This document shows positions 8,460 to 14,358 of a DNA stretch of 14,358 nt, piece by piece; the first letter of the stretch is position 1, and every line of letters begins with the position of its first letter. Under the pieces are notes generated by a model that saw only the letters and a list, made by a program, of their open reading frames with translations, was not told the DNA's origin and ran no database searches. The position numbers and the translations under genes are program-made. Origin of the DNA: Candidatus Bathyarchaeota archaeon (GTDB taxonomy: Archaea; Thermoproteota; Bathyarchaeia; Bathyarchaeales; Bathycorpusculaceae); the NCBI GenBank assembly GCA_963739305.1, contig CAVTZU010000034.1, forward strand, positions 1 through 14,358, in the 5' to 3' direction.

Positions 8460-8553
8460 GTCAAGTTCCACTCTACAATAGTCCACTAAGGTGGAGTAGA
8501 ACATAGTTCTAGAACATAAGTGAACAAGTTCTAATTAGGTAGAAGTGCTATCA

Positions 8554-8874
8554 TCATGGGTTTTTTGCTTCAACTTTAGCTAAGCTATCTCCCATCTTTT
8601 GTGTATCAACTATTCCAACGTAGTATTCAAATGCAGCTAGGCTTAGTCCTGTCGAACTTCGCAACTGCGCTGTAATATAGCCTTCTGTAAAGAATTTGGT
8701 AATCCAGGATAGCCGGAATAAATGCGGATACTTGAAGGCTCTTCTAACAATGTTGTAGCCTGTCTTACCACAGTAAGGAAAAACCCTTTTGCCTTCGGGG
8801 GTTTCTTCTATGCACTTCTTTAACTCATTCATGTAGGGCGCATCTAACGCGCGCGCTTTACCAGGGAAGGTTGA
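8554..8874 (-). pseudogene. Tyrosine recombinase/integrase C-terminal fragment
   Basis: RVFP...YPHLFR (H-x-x-R) ...TGLS...EYYVG (catalytic Tyr region). It lies directly downstream of the tRNA att site and lacks the N-terminal Arg/Lys part of the catalytic domain. Confidence 0.75.
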
Positions 8875-8949
8875 TGGACCGGGCGGGATTTGAACCCGCG
8901 ACTTCCGCATTGCGAATGCGGCGTTCATACCAGACTGAACTACCGGCCC
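8875..8949 (-). tRNA. tRNA-Ala(CGC)
   Basis: GGGCCGG acceptor stem with G3-U70, anticodon arm CCGCA-TTCGCAA-TGCGG, T-arm GCGGG-TTCAAAT-CCCGC, discriminator A. No intron and no encoded CCA. Confidence 0.97.
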
Positions 8950-9152
8950 AAGGTGACTCTTTCAGAAAAGAACCGTCGGTAAGAAATTTAGAGCTTTCGG
9001 TTTATGTTTCTGAGGGAATACAATTCATAATTGACGAAATGAACTATTCGCAAACCAGCTTGTCTTGAAGTTTCGTTTCCGTCCCTTACTCGAGGATTTG
9101 CGGCTTAATGGTTAGCGCGCGCACTTCCTAACCTCTCAGTTTCATTGACAGT

Positions 9153-9365
9153 CTAGCGATCACCCTTTCCATAGCGGAAAATGATAATTTCGCCCTTCTC
9201 GCATCTTGAAACGGCAGCGTGTGGGACAAACCAACCACTATCATACGGATCCAGCAGAGTATCCCCTGCGCCGCCGACAAGTCTGCGTGTTTTTTCGTCC
9301 CAGTATAAGCCCCTAGGAGCGTTCACGACTGCTTTTTCGAGTTCCCCGCCGTACACTGGGCACTT
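9153..9365 (-). pseudogene. Degenerate small Zn-ribbon protein (resembles DUF6487/PF20097)
   Basis: KCPVYGGELEK...LYW...SRCEKGEIIIFRY. Both expected CxxC motifs have lost the second Cys, and there is no in-frame start before KCP. Confidence 0.55.
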
Positions 9366-9484
9366 GTTGGTTGAATCAAGTTTGGAATAGTCTACACCTT
9401 TGCTTACGAATTGGCACCTTTCTTTTTCTCTTTCTCTCTTAGGACTTTGCCAAATGCAGTGTCTGGTCCGTATGGCATCTGATT

Positions 9485-9709
9485 TTAAGTCAGTTTCTGT
9501 CGGATCTTTTCATTTGCGTACAGCTCTACCTTGCCGCAATTTGGGCATATGTAAACGAGGAGAGGAAGCATGTCCTCGCCGAGTTCGGCCCATTCGCCGA
9601 AAAGCAGTTTCCATCCACCACTCGTTCCCCCCGTTCTGAACGAGTTCTCTCCCGCAAACTTCATCTCGGCGCCGCAGGCTTGACACTTCTTTACTTCACT
9701 CACACTCAT
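9485..9709 (-). CDS. Small Zn-ribbon protein
   Basis: CQACG...YICPNCGKVELY. ATGA overlap with the upstream Lrp gene. Confidence 0.85.
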   Translation of the reverse strand: MSVSEVKKCQACGAEMKFAGENSFRTGGTSGGWKLLFGEWAELGEDMLPLLVYICPNCGKVELYANEKIRQKLT

Positions 9710-10221
9710 TCTCTCCTCATCGTGGCTACGTAGTCTGCTATTTCGGAAAACGTCATTAGCTGAAAGTGGTGACTGTCAGCCAAGTTAACTAGGAAACTGG
9801 TTGTTTCTTCAATGCTCACAAGTGGGTGTTGCTTCATCATTGCGATGTAATCCACGTATTCAGAGTAGTTTTGGTGGAACGCAACGGCAATTCTGTCGGC
9901 GCGTGCACCCAAACCGCTGAGGGTAAAAAACGTGGCAAAGGGCTTCTTCTTCAAATTCTCACGCAACTGTTCCCTGATCTTCATCTCGACCTCGGGGTCC
10001 TCCTTCTTCAGCTTGATAAGTATGAATGACATTATTTGAAAACCAATCTTGCCAAAATCGGGTATTGTAGTGTACTCTTTGATGTAACCTTGTTCTTCGA
10101 GTCGGTGTCTTATACGCGTCACGGTAGGTTGAGAGACGTCGAGGGTCTTCGACAATTCACGATCACTCCTATGGCTGTTTTTCATGAGCGCCGAAATCAA
10201 TTTCAACTCAAGTTCTTTCAC
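9706..10221 (-). CDS. Lrp/AsnC family transcriptional regulator
   Basis: wHTH (NSHRSDRELSKTLDVSQPTVTRIRHRLEEQGYIKEYT), linker PDFGKIG and a C-terminal RAM-like domain. Confidence 0.92.
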   Translation of the reverse strand: MKELELKLISALMKNSHRSDRELSKTLDVSQPTVTRIRHRLEEQGYIKEYTTIPDFGKIGFQIMSFILIKLKKEDPEVEMKIREQLRENLKKKPFATFFTLSGLGARADRIAVAFHQNYSEYVDYIAMMKQHPLVSIEETTSFLVNLADSHHFQLMTFSEIADYVATMRRE

Positions 10222-10488
10222 GTCGCAACACCGTTTGTTTTCTCTGATCGGCCATTTATGTTCGAACGTAACTCCAGTATCAAGGCGAATTTGAACAAGA
10301 GTTACTTTCTAAGACATTATCTCTCAAACAATATAGACTTTACGCATATTTGATTTCTTATTCTTCGCACGCCCATATGAGGTCACTTGAGCAACGTGCC
10401 TTTTTGTTCTATCAACCAGCAAAACATATTGGAAAGGTCTAAGAACTTTGGCTATGAATACTACGGGTAAAATGGGGCAACCAAGCTA

Positions 10489-11190
10489 ATGAAACCTCGC
10501 GCTCTTAGATCGGTGCTATTTGTTATCCTTCTCGGTCTTGTTCTGGCAAACTTTGCCAAAGCAGACTACCCGGTAGGGGTCAACAGAGGAGATTGGATGA
10601 TTTACGATGCAGAAGTCACTTACCTTGGACAAACCTTCGAAGAATCGGTCAACCTTACGATCCAAACTGTTGAAGGCGTATTGATAACGGGAACATTTGA
10701 AGCCACCACTCAAGGACAATAGGTAGTGCCGACCGAACAGTTCACACTTGACGTATCAACTGAAATCGGTCAATCTGCCCGTGGCTTCATCATACCCGCA
10801 AACTTAACAGTAGGAAGTAGTGTTCCAGGCGAATCCGCAACAGTGCTGAATTTGACTGATTGGAATGGCAGAACAGCAGTGGTAGCGAACGCGTCCGCGC
10901 CTTTCTTAGGCTATCCTTCACAGGTATACTGGGATCAGGCAACGGGCATCTTGCTTCAAGCTAACGGTTCCTCACAGAGTTCTGACTACCGTATCACCTT
11001 GGTTGATACCAGCCTCTGGAACAACGGATTTTTCGGCCTCAACTCGACGACACTGGCGGTGCTCGTTGTAGGGGTCATTGCAACGGTGCTCGTTATCTAC
11101 TCTCTCTTGGTTCGGAGGAGAAAAGCCAAACACTCTGAGCAGTCGCCCCAAAACGTTCAGCCTACGAAAATCTCTGCACGAAAAAATTAG
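10489..11190 (+). pseudogene. Secreted, C-terminally anchored surface protein interrupted by an in-frame TAG (10720-10722)
   Basis: Signal peptide plus VGVNRGDWMIY. The frame continues after the TAG to YWDQATGILL and a C-terminal TM followed by RRRK. The two track ORFs share one frame. Confidence 0.8.
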
Positions 11191-11246
11191 AAGAGTAGGG
11201 TGTTTTCAGACTGGAAACAATTTCGAGTGGACCACACGATGCGAGT

Positions 11247-14200
11247 CTACTTTGTCTTTTCACCCTGAATCGCTATGGACACCTTTTTCTCGTCCAACTG
11301 AGACTCGTGCCACTCCACATTCTCTTCCCCTCTTTTACCGAGCAGATGAACATCCTTCGCACGCACAAGCTCCTTCATCTCCAACACGTAAGATTTCAAT
11401 AGCCCGATGCTCTCGTCATCAAGCTCAGATATGTAAACCGCCCTCAACACGTCTGTGGGCATGTAGCCGAGCTCCTTTCTTAGCGCTTGAACTCTCCTTG
11501 CCAGATCGCGCATCAAGCCGGCGCCTAGAAGCCGCTCGTCTCGATGAGTGTTCAAGAAGACCCGAATGTCGCCTTCAGACGCGGTTGCCCATCCATCAAC
11601 TTTCGGTTCAGAAGACTTCTTAGTCGAGTACTCGACAGCCTGAACGTTGGCAAGCTCAACAAACAGATCCTCCATGCCCTCAAGCGCGTCCAAAGCACTT
11701 TCCGAAGCAACCAAGATCAGACGGCTCAGCGGCCACCTTCTCTTCAGTCCCGCACTCTGCCTGGCAGCATACACAAGAGACAAGCATTTGAACAGAGTCT
11801 CAAAGTTCCCCTCCAACCTCTTGTCCCTCAACGTCTCGTCTGTTTTAGGCCAACTTTCAAAGTTAACAGACTCAGCCAGCGTGGGATCAAGTCGTCTGCA
11901 CACTTTCTCATGCAGAGCTTCGCTCAAGAAGGGCGTCACAGGGTTAAACAGTAGCGTCACGGTCCCTAAGGCATTCCACAACGTCGCGTAGACAGCCAAC
12001 CTGCGGTCAAGAGTCTCTGGATCATCAGTCCACAACTCTTTCCGAACCATTGGCACGTACAATCTGCTTAAGCTCTCTATGACGAAATCCTCTAGAACCG
12101 CCAGGGCCAAGTTGAATTCACATGTTCCCAGTTTGCCCGTGTAAGCATCTATGGTTTCCTGAAGCTTCGAGAGCAGCCACAAGTCCGCTTTCTTGAGTTG
12201 TTTACCTTTTCTGGCCCATTCAAGAGTGTGCTTGAGGGCAACGAAACCGTCGAATTCAGCGTTCTGCAAGAAAAACCTGTTCAGATGATATAGCGTCGAT
12301 AGCACATGATAGGTACGACGTCCTAGCTCGTTCGGGTCGAAGTTTATGAAATCTATTGGCGGGCACTTGCGAAGACTGTAGAACCTAGTCACGTCGGCCG
12401 AAGCGGTCTCCAGCAACTTGCTAGGGTCTATCACGTTTCCAAGACTCTTGCTCATCTTCCTTCCTCTAGCGTCTTGCACTAATCCTTGGAACAGAAACGC
12501 CTTGTACGGTGCCTCAGGCTTTCCCGTGAGTATGACGTGTTCTAATAGCAGTGAATTTGCCCACCCTCTCGTCTGGTCAACTCCTTCAGTGAGAAAATCA
12601 ACCGGCACAAACCTCGCATATTCCTCATCGGTGAACCTCGCATATGGTGAAGCCCCGCTGTTGTGCCAAGTGTCCAGCACGAAATCCTCACGGAGCATCA
12701 TGCCGCCACACTTTTCGCATTTCAACGTTACCCTGTCGACCCAAGGCTTGTGCAGCTCAAAATCTTCCGAGGGTTTTTCAACAGCTCTTTCGAGAAGTTC
12801 CTTCTTACTCGCGACCAGCGTTTTTGATCCACACTGCTTACATTTCCAAACAGGCAAAGGTGCTCCCCAAACTCGTTCCCGGGATATGCACCATGGTTTT
12901 CCCTCCCTCAGGAAACTCATGAATCTGTTCTTCGTTTCATCGTAGAAATAAGCAACTTTGTCAGCAGCTTCCAATACTCTTCCGTTTATCTTGTCCGTTC
13001 TCAGGAAGTACTCTTTTCTCGCAAGCCAGACTATCTTGTGGTGAGACCGCCAACACGTTGGATACTCGTGTTTCACGGGTTTCGTGTCGACGAGCAAGCC
13101 TCTGCTTCGAAGTTCTTCGATGACCATCTTGTCCGTGTCTCTTGCAAACACTCCGCAGAATTTGCCGCCTTCAGCAGTGAACTTGACCTCATCGTCGAAC
13201 GGTGCGAATATCGGCATCCCACGCTTCATCGCCGCAAAGTAGTCCTCCTCACCATTGCCAGGAGAAAGGTGAACCACACCCGTCGCCGTCTCAATGTCCA
13301 CGAAGTCCTCGCATATCACCTTGTGAACCAACGGATGACTCTTCTCAAGTTCAGCTTGTCTCGGAACCAAATCCTTGAACGGGAACTCGTACTTCATGCC
13401 TTCGAGACTCTTGCCGCTTACGGTTTCCACTTCGGCGTACTTCTTTACGCCAAGTTCTTTCATCAATGGTTCGACTCGCTGTTTAACAAGGATCCAGACT
13501 TCGTTGTCCACCCGAACTTTCACATACTCAGCGTCAGGCCGAACAGCAAGCATCGTGTCAGTGATCAGCGTGAACGGCATCGTTGTCCAGACGAGAAAAT
13601 ACTCGTTCTCAGCGTCCGCGACTTTGAACTTGAAGTACAGACTCGGGTCTTCAACTATCTGATAGGAGTCTTCAAAGCCTATTTCCGCGTTGCTTAAGCT
13701 CGTTTGGCAACCTGGACAATAGGCCACGACATAGTGTCCTTCTTCAAGCAAACCCTGATCCCACGCGCGTTTGAGGATCTGCCACTCCCGCTCGATGTAA
13801 CCATCATGGTACGTCCAGTAAGCCTTGTCCTGGTCTATGAAGACGCCAAGTCTGGCATCCAAATCTACCCATCGCTTGTGATATTTCATTATCGTTTTCT
13901 TGCACACTTCAATGAAACTCTCCTCGCTGACCCGCTCAAGAAGTTCACGCTTGTTTTTCACGCCCAGCTGCTTCTCAACCTCCAACTCCACGGGCAGTCC
14001 TTGACAATCCCATCCTGCCCAGAACGGTACATAGTAGCCCTGCATGGTCTTCCATCGATACCTAAGATCCTTCATCACGCGGCCTCTCGCGTGACCAACA
14101 TGCGGCATACCGTTGAGCGTTGGAGGTCCTTCCACGTAACCCAGAACGCCTACGTTGTGTTTCTTTCTTTCTTCCGCTAGCTTCTGTTGTATGTCTCTTT

Positions 14201-14294
14201 TCTGCCAGAATCTGCGTATTTCTTGTTCAAGCTCAAGCGGGCTGTAATCTTCACTAAGGCTCGTTTCAGAATCAGTTTTTGATTTGGCGGTCAC
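11247..14294 (-). CDS. ileS: Isoleucine--tRNA ligase (archaeal/eukaryote type)
   Basis: EGPPTLNGMPHVGH (HIGH), GWDCQGLP, WTT editing motif, WCISRERVWG, EGVDQTRGW and KMSKS. 1015 aa. Confidence 0.97.
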   Translation of the reverse strand: MTAKSKTDSETSLSEDYSPLELEQEIRRFWQKRDIQQKLAEERKKHNVGVLGYVEGPPTLNGMPHVGHARGRVMKDLRYRWKTMQGYYVPFWAGWDCQGLPVELEVEKQLGVKNKRELLERVSEESFIEVCKKTIMKYHKRWVDLDARLGVFIDQDKAYWTYHDGYIEREWQILKRAWDQGLLEEGHYVVAYCPGCQTSLSNAEIGFEDSYQIVEDPSLYFKFKVADAENEYFLVWTTMPFTLITDTMLAVRPDAEYVKVRVDNEVWILVKQRVEPLMKELGVKKYAEVETVSGKSLEGMKYEFPFKDLVPRQAELEKSHPLVHKVICEDFVDIETATGVVHLSPGNGEEDYFAAMKRGMPIFAPFDDEVKFTAEGGKFCGVFARDTDKMVIEELRSRGLLVDTKPVKHEYPTCWRSHHKIVWLARKEYFLRTDKINGRVLEAADKVAYFYDETKNRFMSFLREGKPWCISRERVWGAPLPVWKCKQCGSKTLVASKKELLERAVEKPSEDFELHKPWVDRVTLKCEKCGGMMLREDFVLDTWHNSGASPYARFTDEEYARFVPVDFLTEGVDQTRGWANSLLLEHVILTGKPEAPYKAFLFQGLVQDARGRKMSKSLGNVIDPSKLLETASADVTRFYSLRKCPPIDFINFDPNELGRRTYHVLSTLYHLNRFFLQNAEFDGFVALKHTLEWARKGKQLKKADLWLLSKLQETIDAYTGKLGTCEFNLALAVLEDFVIESLSRLYVPMVRKELWTDDPETLDRRLAVYATLWNALGTVTLLFNPVTPFLSEALHEKVCRRLDPTLAESVNFESWPKTDETLRDKRLEGNFETLFKCLSLVYAARQSAGLKRRWPLSRLILVASESALDALEGMEDLFVELANVQAVEYSTKKSSEPKVDGWATASEGDIRVFLNTHRDERLLGAGLMRDLARRVQALRKELGYMPTDVLRAVYISELDDESIGLLKSYVLEMKELVRAKDVHLLGKRGEENVEWHESQLDEKKVSIAIQGEKTK

Positions 14295-14340
14295 CTTGCA
14301 TCACATTGCACCCGCAAACACAGCAGAATTGTGCCTGCAG

Positions 14341-14354
14341 CATATAACCTTTTT
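14341..14354 (-). promoter_or_regulatory. BRE/TATA promoter of ileS
   Basis: Minus-strand AAAAAGGTTATATG about 47 nt upstream of the GTG start. Confidence 0.6.
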
Positions 14355-14358
14355 GAAT

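Larger units (their letters stand above)
6315..8890. mobile_element. Decayed integrative element inserted at the tRNA-Ala 3' end
   Basis: Bounded by an identical 16-bp direct repeat of the tRNA 3' end. Contains an integrase fragment, pseudogenes and orphan cargo. Confidence 0.75.

Noticed and set aside
8841-8876. Integron attC-like site (CATCTAAC...GTTGATG)
   Set aside because: About 36 bp is too short, there are no L boxes, and the right end overlaps the tRNA.
1946-11249. Genome-wide TAG recoding
   Set aside because: TAG falls at the expected C-termini of conserved proteins (IleRS, DUF362, HD, amidinotransferase), so it acts as a stop.
4236-14180. Long antisense ORFs over HD, the amidinotransferase gene and ileS (e.g. 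4236..4787, 5136..5687, 12418..12945, 13038..13697, 13704..14180)
   Set aside because: Shadow frames of well-supported genes on the opposite strand, with no motifs of their own.

Overview
Archaeal chromosomal window, judged from BRE/TATA promoters, an archaeal-type IleRS and a tRNA gene without an encoded CCA. The gene style resembles Bathyarchaeia, which is inference only. Intact genes: ileS, a DUF362 protein, an HD-domain hydrolase, a divergent amidinotransferase (pentein-fold) enzyme, an Lrp/AsnC regulator coupled to a small Zn-ribbon protein, and tRNA-Ala(CGC). A decayed integrated element of about 2.6 kb (6315-8890) is bounded by a 16-bp duplication of the tRNA 3' end. It carries a tyrosine-integrase C-terminal fragment that reads in frame out of the tRNA, plus small cargo genes. 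Several accessory genes are broken by apparent single-base insertions or an in-frame TAG. Unexplained signals: a 113-nt multibranched RNA-like structure (1770-1882), a possible C/D-box sRNA beside it, and a recurring TAGCGCGC(GC) palindrome at accessory-region junctions.
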